64,000 nucleotides of DNA from Thermoplasmata archaeon (lineage in GTDB: Archaea; Thermoplasmatota; Thermoplasmata; UBA10834): assembly GCA_041554135.1 (NCBI GenBank), contig JBFFML010000004.1, positions 37,340 through 101,339 of the forward strand. Direction: 5' to 3'. The notes below the pieces were generated by a model that did no database searches, was not told the DNA's origin, and saw only the letters and a program-made list of their open reading frames with translations. A program made the translations under genes and the position numbers. Of the stretch, positions 45,021-53,653 are shown piece by piece. The stretch's first letter is position 1. Each line of letters starts with the position of its first letter.

Positions 45021-45866
45021 TCACCCCACACGCTCTGTGTTTATCACGACGAAACCGCTCTGAGAGGTGATCAGCGTCGCGAAGCGCGCGATCCTCTCCT
45101 GGTCCAAGTGCGGTAACACGCTCATGAACTTCTCCACATAGAGGTACCTCTGCCTCTTGGATGTGTGATGGAACTTCGCCCACTCGAACCTCAGCACCCC
45201 GTCCACGCTGTCTATTATCATCTGCTGCTTCCTCCTGTCCAGGATCTCGTCCGTCAGGAGCACGTAGAACACGGACTGCCACTTCTTCGACATCCTCTGG
45301 ATCCCCTTCATGAGGGCGACGACGTCCTCGAACTTCACTGTCTCCGAGACCACGAGGTCCGTGAGGGAGTCTATGACGACGAGGCTCTTCGGGGCGTTCG
45401 TGTCGAGGAACGTCACGAGCGACTCCAGTACATCGTCGTCCTTGTTCTCGGCGAACAGCTCCGACCCATCGGAGCCCACCCAGCTCGTCGGGACCACCGT
45501 CCTCATGAAGTAGCCTTTGGAGAAATCCTTGAAGAGGAGGTTGCTCTCTATCGACTCGTAGAAATCCCTCGTGAACGACAGGCTGACCTCGCGCAGGACA
45601 TCCTCCTTCGAGCGCGAGAACGTGATATACGCCATCTTGTCTGGCAGTATGCCGTCCTTGCCAGCATGTCCCATCATGAAGCTTCTGGTCTCCGGGAACT
45701 CCTTCACGAGCCCTATCTTCGCGGCGGAAGTGAGGGCGAACTCAAGGCCTCCGCCGCCAACGTCGCCGAGAAGCAGCACGACGGACCCCAGAGGTATGCC
45801 TCCTCCGATTATCGAATCGAAATCCGCGACGCCCGTCGGCGTCCGAGCTATGGTCCCTTCCGACAT
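45021..45866 (-). CDS. KaiC-like paralog with degenerate P-loop (probable pseudo-ATPase)
   Basis: Preferred ATG at 45866 (MSEGTIARTPTGVADFDSIIGGGIP). At the Walker A position it has LLLGDVGGGGLEF, with no Lys-Ser/Thr. Walker B-like LVVIDSLTD is retained. The track ORF start (46070) would overlap the cinA gene. Confidence 0.55.
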   Translation of the reverse strand: MSEGTIARTPTGVADFDSIIGGGIPLGSVVLLLGDVGGGGLEFALTSAAKIGLVKEFPETRSFMMGHAGKDGILPDKMAYITFSRSKEDVLREVSLSFTRDFYESIESNLLFKDFSKGYFMRTVVPTSWVGSDGSELFAENKDDDVLESLVTFLDTNAPKSLVVIDSLTDLVVSETVKFEDVVALMKGIQRMSKKWQSVFYVLLTDEILDRRKQQMIIDSVDGVLRFEWAKFHHTSKRQRYLYVEKFMSVLPHLDQERIARFATLITSQSGFVVINTERVG

Positions 45867-45958
45867 GAGTGCGAAGGCGCAAATGAGGTTATCGAGTAAT
45901 GAACCTTTTGGGCTCTGCGCGCGCAGCATTGCGTCTTCACGCGCGCACAGGCGCGACC

Positions 45959-46462
45959 CTACCGCGTCGGCGTGATGGAATCCAGCACTTCGTCGAGCAT
46001 CAGGATCGCCTTCTCGACCGCCCTGCACTTTATCTCCGACCTCGAGCCGCCGAACCTGTTCTCTGTGCACAGGGTCCCGTCCTCGCTCGCGACGGCGATG
46101 TACACGAGCCCCACGGGTTTCGACGGGGTTCCCCCGGAAGGTCCCGCGATGCCTGTTATGCCGACGCCCAGGTCCGCCCGGAAACGCGTCCTGGCGCCGC
46201 TGGCCATCATCCTCGCGACCTCCTCGCTCACGGCGCCTTTCGATCCGAGGGTCTCACGGTCCACGCCCAGCATGTCCACCTTGGCGTCGTTCCCGTAGGA
46301 GACGACGCCGCCGAGGAAGTACGCGCTGCTGCCTGGCACCTCGGTGACGATGTCGCCGAGCTTCCCCCCGGTGCACGACTCGGCCACCGCGAGCGTCAGG
46401 CCCATCCTCTGGAGCTTCTCACCGATGCCGCTTGCCAGCAGTGTCCTTCCCCCTGTCGCCAT
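45959..46462 (-). CDS. pncC: CinA C-terminal-domain protein / NMN amidohydrolase (PncC-like)
   Basis: Motifs LAVAESCTGG and FLGGVVSYGNDAK. Length 167 aa. Confidence 0.8.
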   Translation of the reverse strand: MATGGRTLLASGIGEKLQRMGLTLAVAESCTGGKLGDIVTEVPGSSAYFLGGVVSYGNDAKVDMLGVDRETLGSKGAVSEEVARMMASGARTRFRADLGVGITGIAGPSGGTPSKPVGLVYIAVASEDGTLCTENRFGGSRSEIKCRAVEKAILMLDEVLDSITPTR

Positions 46463-46967
46463 CTTCGCCTCCAGCCGCGACCCTGAGGCGCTCCCGTATG
46501 CCGAGCTCGTCGACCATGCGCGCGACCGGCGGCGGCACGAGGTGCCTCCACTTGCGGCCGGCGGCGATCCTCTTCCTTATCTCGGTGCCGTTGTACTCCT
46601 TCGGAGAGTAAGTCTTCGTCCTTCGCACCTCGTATCCCACTTGTGAGAAGAGCGAGCGAGTGATCGGGCTGTTGGAGAAGACCAGGTCGAACGGCGGCAC
46701 GTACGACTCAATATGGTTGACCCACACGGAATACCGATTGATGTCCCTCACGGGGACTATGTGTGTGCGCGCAGCTTCGTCTTCTGACAACGACGACAAT
46801 ATCATCTGATACCGCTCGCTCGCGGTCAGCGGGTTCGCGGCCGTGTGGGATTCCTCGGCGCTGCCGATCACCAGCACGATGTCGTCGCATTCCGAAAGCG
46901 CCTCCTGGAGCGCCTTCAGATGGCCCTTGTGAAACGGCTGGAACCTTCCGACGACCAAACCTCGCAT
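46419..46967 (-). CDS. nadM: Nicotinamide-nucleotide adenylyltransferase, archaeal type
   Basis: ATG at 46967 (MRGLVVGRFQPFHKGH), with the HxGH motif in GRFQPFHKGH. The 3' end overlaps the cinA start by 44 nt if cinA begins at 46462. Confidence 0.85.
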   Translation of the reverse strand: MRGLVVGRFQPFHKGHLKALQEALSECDDIVLVIGSAEESHTAANPLTASERYQMILSSLSEDEAARTHIVPVRDINRYSVWVNHIESYVPPFDLVFSNSPITRSLFSQVGYEVRRTKTYSPKEYNGTEIRKRIAAGRKWRHLVPPPVARMVDELGIRERLRVAAGGEDGDRGKDTAGKRHR

Positions 46968-46992
46968 GGAGCTGCACCACTGAGAACCGCGC

Positions 46993-48990
46993 TCAATTGA
47001 CCACTGGCCTCTCGCCACCCGTGGTCGACGGCGCTGGCTTCGTGACCGGCCCAGGCACCTTGCGTCCAGCAGCCACGAGGGCGGCCAGCTTCTTCAACAG
47101 GCCGTCCTTCCTCGAACCCACGAGCGCGTGCGTGAGGACGTCGTTCAGCGTCCTCACGGGGATGACCTCGACATTGTCGAGGTACCTGTCCTCGAGGACG
47201 ACATCCTTGATGTTCTGTTCCGGTATCAGGACCTTGCCTATGCCCATCTCCGCAGCAGCCTCGATCTTCGCCGTAACGCCTCCCACGGGCAAGACCTGCC
47301 CTCTCACACTCAGGCTGCCGGTCATGGCGACCCCCTGGTCGACCTCGATGTCCTCGAACGCCGATATCACCGCCGTCGCGACGGCGATAGAGGCGCTATC
47401 CCCTTCGACGCCATCGTACGTTCCGATGAATTGCACGTGGATATCGTGATTCGTGATGTCCTCTCCGGTGTACTTCTTGATCAGCGCCGACACGTTCTGG
47501 ACGGACTCCTTGGCTATGTCGCCCAGCTTTCCGGTGGCTATGATCCTACCGCTGTCCTTGTCCTGGGACGGAGTCACCTCGGCCACAATCGGCGTCACGA
47601 TGCCGGAGAACTCGGCCATGCTGGAGTCCGCGTTCAAGACCGCCAGGCCGTTGACTATCCCCACGACCGCGCCTTCCGTGAGGCACATCTCGTAGTCCTT
47701 GCGCTTCTCCACGGCCCTGTCGGTGACCTGCTGCTCCAACGACCGCGCCGTCCTCTTCGCCTCCGTGACATGCTGTGGCTCGACGAGGCTGGCGTTACGT
47801 TCCCTGGCGACGTCCCCGGCCACCCGCACAAGGCCCCCGAGCTCGCGGAGACGCAGGGTCAGCATGCCACGCCGCCCGGACCTCCTCTGGGCCTCGCGTA
47901 TGATCTCCACGACGGCGGCCTTCGAGAAGTGCGGTATCTTCTTGTCCTTCGACACCTCCTGAGCGACGAACCTGATGAGCTTCTCGCGGTTATCGGCGCT
48001 ATCGAGCATCGTGCTCCGCATGAATATCTCGTAACCGTACCCTCGTATCCTGGACCTCAGCGCGGGATGCATGCCCACGACGGCGTCGAGGTTGCCGGCC
48101 GCTACGAGTATGAAATCGCAAGGGACCGGCTCGCTCTTGACCATCGCGCCCGAGCTTCTCTCGCTCTGGCCCAGTATCCCGAACTCGCCCTCCTGAAGAG
48201 CGGTCAACAGGCTCTGTTGGCTCTCTATCCTCAGGATGTTTATCTCGTCTATGAAGAGGACTCCCTTGTTGGCCTTGTGTATCGCGCCTGGCTCGAGCCT
48301 CTCGTGGGCCGGGGTCTCCAGCCCACCGCTCTGGAACGGGTCGTGCTTGACATCGCCCAGGAGTGCTCCCGCGTGCGCGCCTGTCGCGTCTATGAACGGC
48401 GGGAAGTCATCCGGCGAATGCGATATCAGAAGCTTTGGCACGATCAACGCCTCTCGCCGTTGTGCCGTCATGTACCTGAATATCATGAATATGAACAGCG
48501 CGCCTATGATGCCGATCAGCAGTATCGTCGGGTCCCTGTACATGATGAACATCATGACTGAGAGCATTATGAACATGAACAACATGGCGACCGCCCAGGA
48601 GTTGCGTTGGTTGCGCTTCTGTTCGGCCTCTGCCTTCTGCGCTTGGACTATCTCCTTGCCCTTGCCTGCCGGGACGATCCGGACCTTGGGCTCGTTGTTG
48701 TCGTCGGGGTTGTGATACGAGATGACGTCCTGCATCTCTCCCCGTGGCAGGAAGTCCACCATGGAGTGGGCGAGCATCGACTTGCCAGTGCCAGGGTCAC
48801 CTATCAGTATCACGTGCCGCTTCTGCTCCGCGGCCTTCCTTATGACCTTGACGGCGTCCTCCTGACCAATGACCTGGTCCACAAGGTGCGGAGGTATCTC
48901 TATCTCTTCAGTGGACTCGAACTTGTGGTCCTTGATCCACTCCTCGACATCGGGCAGCGGCTCCGAGCCCTTAGAATCAACGATGGCCAT
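46993..48990 (-). CDS. lonB: Archaeal membrane-bound Lon protease (LonB)
   Basis: Walker [10 protein letters not shown] hydrophobic insert ([20 protein letters not shown]...[15 protein letters not shown]) lies inside the AAA+ module. The protease serine motif is GDSASIAVA. Confidence 0.9.
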   Translation of the reverse strand: MAIVDSKGSEPLPDVEEWIKDHKFESTEEIEIPPHLVDQVIGQEDAVKVIRKAAEQKRHVILIGDPGTGKSMLAHSMVDFLPRGEMQDVISYHNPDDNNEPKVRIVPAGKGKEIVQAQKAEAEQKRNQRNSWAVAMLFMFIMLSVMMFIMYRDPTILLIGIIGALFIFMIFRYMTAQRREALIVPKLLISHSPDDFPPFIDATGAHAGALLGDVKHDPFQSGGLETPAHERLEPGAIHKANKGVLFIDEINILRIESQQSLLTALQEGEFGILGQSERSSGAMVKSEPVPCDFILVAAGNLDAVVGMHPALRSRIRGYGYEIFMRSTMLDSADNREKLIRFVAQEVSKDKKIPHFSKAAVVEIIREAQRRSGRRGMLTLRLRELGGLVRVAGDVARERNASLVEPQHVTEAKRTARSLEQQVTDRAVEKRKDYEMCLTEGAVVGIVNGLAVLNADSSMAEFSGIVTPIVAEVTPSQDKDSGRIIATGKLGDIAKESVQNVSALIKKYTGEDITNHDIHVQFIGTYDGVEGDSASIAVATAVISAFEDIEVDQGVAMTGSLSVRGQVLPVGGVTAKIEAAAEMGIGKVLIPEQNIKDVVLEDRYLDNVEVIPVRTLNDVLTHALVGSRKDGLLKKLAALVAAGRKVPGPVTKPAPSTTGGERPVVN

Positions 48991-49178
48991 CAGACTGCAC
49001 CAGTACCAGAAGTTCCTATTAGGCTTTTGCTAAATAAGACTTCCGCAATGAAAATCCCGATGGTTAGGGTCAGCCAGTAAGTCCCCATTGCGCCCAACAT
49101 CATATTTCATTTCAAGACAACAAATATTAACTATCTGCGTATTGCGAATAGGGTCGGGTACTGGGAGCGCGGCGCGAA

Positions 49179-51347
49179 ATGAAGATTGAAGAGTTGGGAA
49201 TAGATGGCCGTATAACCTCGATGCTCAGAGACGAAGGCATCGAGGAGCTCTACCCACCTCAGGAGGAGGCAATCCGTCCCGCGCTCGCCGGGGAGAACCT
49301 CGTGCTGTCCATACCGACCGCCTCAGGGAAGAGTCTGGTGGCGTACCTCGCGATGCTCAACTCCGTGCTCAAAGGGGGCAAGGCGCTCTACATAGTCCCT
49401 CTGAAAGCCCTAGCGTCGGAGAAATACGATGACCTCGTCAAGTTCGAAACGCTCGGGATAAGGGTCGGCGAGTCCACCGGCGACTTCGACCGGATAGACC
49501 CCAAGCTGAGCAAGTACGACATCGTCATCGCCACCTCCGAGAAGGTCGATTCGCTCCTCCGTCACCGCACGAAATGGCTGAGGCAGATCTCGATTGTCGT
49601 CGCGGACGAGGTCCATCTCATAAACGACCCGGATAGAGGGCCGACCTTGGAAGTCATCCTGGTCAAGTTCAGGACGTTCAACCCGGAAGCGCAGTTGATC
49701 GGGCTCTCCGCGACGATACGCAACTCGTCAGAGCTCGCGGATTGGCTCGGCGCTCGACTGGTTCAGAGCGATTGGCGGCCTGTGCCGCTCAAGGAGGGCG
49801 TGTATCTCGACGGGGAGGTGTTCTTCACGGACAACTCAAGAGTCCGCCTGCCAGACGACGTCTCCCCGGTCCGCGGGATCGTCAGGCGCACGCTCGAGTC
49901 AGGAGGGCAGTGCCTTGTCTTCGTCAACACGCGCAGGTCGAGCGAATCATTGGCCTCGGAGCTGAGGGGGCTGACGAAACGGTACCTCAAGGCTGATGCG
50001 GAACCCCTCGACGAAGCAGCGACGGCTCTGATGGCAGAGCAGGAGGAGCCTACGACGCTGGGCGCGAAGCTCGCGAGATGCGTCAAGGGTGGATGCGCCT
50101 TTCACCACGCCGGCCTGACGACCTCGCAGAGGAGGTTCGTCGAGTCCAACTTCAGAGCCGGCGCCCTCAAGGTCATAACCGCGACGCCCACGCTCGCCGC
50201 CGGCATCAACCTGCCTGCGCGGACGGTGGTCATCAGGGATGTGAAGCGTTACGACTCGAACGTCGGCTACGTCTCAGTCCCGGTCCTCGAGGTCAAGCAG
50301 ATGTGCGGCAGGGCGGGCAGGCCGAGGTACGATCCGTATGGCGAGGCCGTGATCGTCGCGAAGAGCGAGGAGGAACGCGCTTTCCTGCTGGAGACCTACC
50401 TGCTCGGAGAGAACGAGAACCTGTATTCCAAGCTTGGCACGGAGCCGGCCATAAGGTCGCACCTGTTGGGTCTGATAGCCACTGGGGACGCTAAATCGCA
50501 GGACGAGCTGGTCGACTTCTTCAGCAGGACATTCCTGGCGCACCAGACGGATGTTCGCTATCTCGAGGACAGCATCTCCAACGTCGTCGATTTCCTCAAG
50601 CAGGAGGGCATGGTCGAAGGGGATGAGGGACTGTCCGTGACGCGCCTCGGCAAGAGGGTGAGCGATGTCTACATAGACCCACTCTCCGCCGTCATAATGA
50701 GGCGCGCGCTACAGGCCGCGGAGCGGCCGACCGACTTCGGGCTGATCCACGCGATATGCGCCGTGCCCGACATGACGCTGATGTACCTTCGACGCTCGGA
50801 CTACGACTGGACCGAGGAGTTCCTTGACGAAGTCAGGGACGACCTTCTGCTGAAGCCACCGACCGATCTCGGCACGTACGAGCTGTTCCTCTCGGAGATC
50901 AAGACGGCGAAGCTGGTCCACGACTGGATATCGGAGGTCGGCGAGAAGGCCATGGAGGAAGCGTATGGCGTAGGCCCCGGGGACATCCGCAACAAGGCGG
51001 ACCTAGCGGAATGGCTAATGCACGCGATGGCGCGTCTGTCACAGATCCTCAGGCCGGAGTCCACGGCACAGATTGAGGGGGTGCACCGACGTATCGTCTA
51101 CGGCATAAAGCCCGAGTTGCTGGAGCTCGTCAAACTCCGTGGTATCGGCCGAATAAGGGCGAGGGCGATGCACGACAGAGGGATAACGACCATCGAAGAT
51201 CTGAGGCACACGACATATGACCGCCTGAAGCAGATACCGAACATCGGCGAGTCCGTGGCCAGGTCCATCAAGACACAGCTGGGCCAGGCCGATGAGGGCA
51301 TGCCGCCAGACCCGTCGTCTGGCCAGAGGTCGCTCAAGGAGTTCTGA
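49179..51347 (+). CDS. hel308: Ski2-like DNA helicase Hel308
   Basis: Motifs PTASGKS, ADEVH, SAT, HHAGL, TPTLAAGINLPA and QMCGRAGR. A C-terminal HhH-like region is present. Confidence 0.9.
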   Translation: MKIEELGIDGRITSMLRDEGIEELYPPQEEAIRPALAGENLVLSIPTASGKSLVAYLAMLNSVLKGGKALYIVPLKALASEKYDDLVKFETLGIRVGESTGDFDRIDPKLSKYDIVIATSEKVDSLLRHRTKWLRQISIVVADEVHLINDPDRGPTLEVILVKFRTFNPEAQLIGLSATIRNSSELADWLGARLVQSDWRPVPLKEGVYLDGEVFFTDNSRVRLPDDVSPVRGIVRRTLESGGQCLVFVNTRRSSESLASELRGLTKRYLKADAEPLDEAATALMAEQEEPTTLGAKLARCVKGGCAFHHAGLTTSQRRFVESNFRAGALKVITATPTLAAGINLPARTVVIRDVKRYDSNVGYVSVPVLEVKQMCGRAGRPRYDPYGEAVIVAKSEEERAFLLETYLLGENENLYSKLGTEPAIRSHLLGLIATGDAKSQDELVDFFSRTFLAHQTDVRYLEDSISNVVDFLKQEGMVEGDEGLSVTRLGKRVSDVYIDPLSAVIMRRALQAAERPTDFGLIHAICAVPDMTLMYLRRSDYDWTEEFLDEVRDDLLLKPPTDLGTYELFLSEIKTAKLVHDWISEVGEKAMEEAYGVGPGDIRNKADLAEWLMHAMARLSQILRPESTAQIEGVHRRIVYGIKPELLELVKLRGIGRIRARAMHDRGITTIEDLRHTTYDRLKQIPNIGESVARSIKTQLGQADEGMPPDPSSGQRSLKEF

Positions 51348-51391
51348 CCAGCAAATAATATGTGCCTCACGCGCTCTTCACTCCATGTCAC

Positions 51392-51913
51392 ATGAACGAT
51401 TCGATCGCGGATCCGCCCGCATGCGCGCCAGAAGCTTGGATCGTAAGGGTTCGACCGGGTAGCGCGAGCGAGCTCAAGGACAGGCTCCTGCGGCTGGCCG
51501 AGGCGAGTGGCACGGACCTGCTCGTACTCCGCGCGGAGATGACTTTCGGGCCGGACCACATCACCAGCGCGCTGTATCACGCCAAGAAGGCGTTCGACGA
51601 GAAACGCAACTCCTCGGACTCACTCGCGATGGAGACACTCCTGTACGCGTCTGGCGAGAGGCAGCTGAGCAGCGCGATAGACAAGATGGGCGTGGGCGAC
51701 GACTCCGAGGAGGTGGTCGTCGTACGGCTCGTCGACGGTGGGTTCTCCCCTGAAGAGGGCTGGAAACCCCTGGCCCAGTGGGACACCGAGACCGTGGAAG
51801 AGAGGTTCCTCAGGTTCGGCATTTCGCGTGAGGAGCTCGGGACGGTGCGCAGGGAACGATGGGCCGAGCTGGTACTCGAGAAGGTGGCCGCAGTCGACAT
51901 CATCAAGAGGTAG
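51392..51913 (+). CDS. cgi121: KEOPS complex subunit Cgi121-like
   Basis: ITSALYHAKKAF...AMETLLYASGERQLSSAIDKMG resembles the conserved Cgi121 core. ATG at 51392 is preferred over GTG at 51362. Confidence 0.6.
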   Translation: MNDSIADPPACAPEAWIVRVRPGSASELKDRLLRLAEASGTDLLVLRAEMTFGPDHITSALYHAKKAFDEKRNSSDSLAMETLLYASGERQLSSAIDKMGVGDDSEEVVVVRLVDGGFSPEEGWKPLAQWDTETVEERFLRFGISREELGTVRRERWAELVLEKVAAVDIIKR

Positions 51914-51995
51914 AGCGGCTGGCCAGCGTGCCAACGGGCCGCGTTGGAAGGGGTGTTAATATAATAAGACCTCCCGACAATTACCGGGAGCTATC

Positions 51996-52895
51996 ATGGC
52001 TGTCGTCATAGAGTGCGTGCCCAACTTCAGCGAGGGTCGCGACAAGAAGGTCATAGACAAGATCGCGTACTCCATCAGCTCCGTCCCTGGTATCAAGATA
52101 TTGGATGTCGAGATGGACCCCGACCACAACAGGTCCGTGGTCACTTTCGTCGGAAACAAGGACAGCATCCAGGAGGGGGCGTTCAGAGGGGCCAGGGCGG
52201 CGGCCGAGCTCATCGACCTCACGAAGCACAAGGGCGAGCACCCGAGGATGGGCGCGTTGGACGTCCTGCCGTTCATACCGATCCAAGGGGCCTCCATGCA
52301 GGACTGTGTCGAGATAGCCAACCGCGTGGGTGAGCGCATCGCGAAGCGGCTCAAGATACCCGTGTACCTGTACGAGTCGGCAGCGCGTAGGCCCGAGAGA
52401 AGGCAGCTCGAGAAGGTCCGGAAGGGGCAGTTCGAGGGACTGCGGGAGGCGATAACGAAGGATGACACGCGCTATCCCGACTTCGGCCCCAGGGCGGTCC
52501 ATCCGACCGCGGGCGCGGTTGCGGTGGGCGCGCGAATGCCGCTCATAGCCTTCAACGTCAACCTGAGGTCCTCGGACCTCGAAGCCGCGAAGGCGATCGC
52601 CAAGAAGATACGCGCCAGCAACGGTGGGATGCCACACCTCAAGGCGCTCGGCTTCAACCTCAAGGACAAGGGCATGGTGCAGGTCTCGATGAACCTGACG
52701 GACTACACCGTCACGCCCATCTCCAAGGTGTTCGACGAGGTCAGAAAGGAAGCTGAGGCCAGGGGTATCGACGTCGCCGGAGGAGAGATCATAGGGCTAA
52801 TACCTCTGGACGCCGTCTGCGACATAACCGCAAGGTTCCTGATGCTTGAACAGTTCTCAAGCACGCAAATCCTCGAGAGGCGGATCTGGTGCTGA
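51996..52895 (+). CDS. Glutamate formimidoyltransferase (FtcD N-terminal-type, stand-alone)
   Basis: N-terminal IECVPNFSEGRD is the hallmark. Length 299 aa. Confidence 0.85.
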   Translation: MAVVIECVPNFSEGRDKKVIDKIAYSISSVPGIKILDVEMDPDHNRSVVTFVGNKDSIQEGAFRGARAAAELIDLTKHKGEHPRMGALDVLPFIPIQGASMQDCVEIANRVGERIAKRLKIPVYLYESAARRPERRQLEKVRKGQFEGLREAITKDDTRYPDFGPRAVHPTAGAVAVGARMPLIAFNVNLRSSDLEAAKAIAKKIRASNGGMPHLKALGFNLKDKGMVQVSMNLTDYTVTPISKVFDEVRKEAEARGIDVAGGEIIGLIPLDAVCDITARFLMLEQFSSTQILERRIWC

Positions 52896-53530
52896 GGGAC
52901 GTCGAGGCGCTCCGACGGTTCTGCGAAGAACTCTCGTCAGACGAGCCGTCGCCTGGGGGCGGCACGGCCTCTGCGGCGTCAGGCGCCATGGCGGCGTCGC
53001 TGTTGGCCATGGTCTGCCGACTGACCCTCAAGAACAAGAAGCACGAGGAGAACTGGACTGAACTGGCGATGCTGACGGACTCCCTCATGACACTCAGGGA
53101 CGAGCTTGTGGTGCTCGCGCAGGAGGACGCCGATGCCTACGACGGCCTCGTCGAGGCCATCCGGAGACGAAGGTCGGATGATTCGGAGGAGGCTCGCGGC
53201 GCCGAGAAGGCTGCGCTCGAAGAGGCGATAGAGGTGCCGCAGAAGACGGCGGGCGCATGCGCTCGCATACTGGAGATCTCCGCCAGGGTCGCCGACATCG
53301 GCACCAGACGAGCGTATTCCGATGTCATCGTGGCGATCCACATGGCGGCGGCCGGCATCCATGGCGCGCACGCCAATGTCCGCATAAACCTGGACGATTC
53401 GGACGACGAGGCGCTCAGCGAGGAGGTCAGGAAGGACATGAAGGACCAGGCAGAGCGGGCATCCAGAGCGGAGAAGGAGGCGCTGTCGAAACTCTCGCCG
53501 ACACCCCCGCAGCCGCAGAGCGCGGGATGA
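52889..53530 (+). CDS. Formimidoyltetrahydrofolate cyclodeaminase (FtcD C-terminal-type, stand-alone)
   Basis: Motif PSPGGGTASAASGAMAASL. GTG at 52889 overlaps the preceding stop by 7 nt. Confidence 0.8.
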   Translation: MLRDVEALRRFCEELSSDEPSPGGGTASAASGAMAASLLAMVCRLTLKNKKHEENWTELAMLTDSLMTLRDELVVLAQEDADAYDGLVEAIRRRRSDDSEEARGAEKAALEEAIEVPQKTAGACARILEISARVADIGTRRAYSDVIVAIHMAAAGIHGAHANVRINLDDSDDEALSEEVRKDMKDQAERASRAEKEALSKLSPTPPQPQSAG

Positions 53531-53653
53531 CGACCTTATCAGAAATGATAGAGATGTCGATACCTTTAATACGAGTGGCAGGAATGAGAAACACCTGGAT
53601 GTTCTGCCATGGGGCTTCACCCCTAGGCACACCGAAAAGGAGCTTGGTCTGAG

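Noticed and set aside
47128-48561. 477-aa plus-strand ORF
   Set aside because: It is antisense to LonB.
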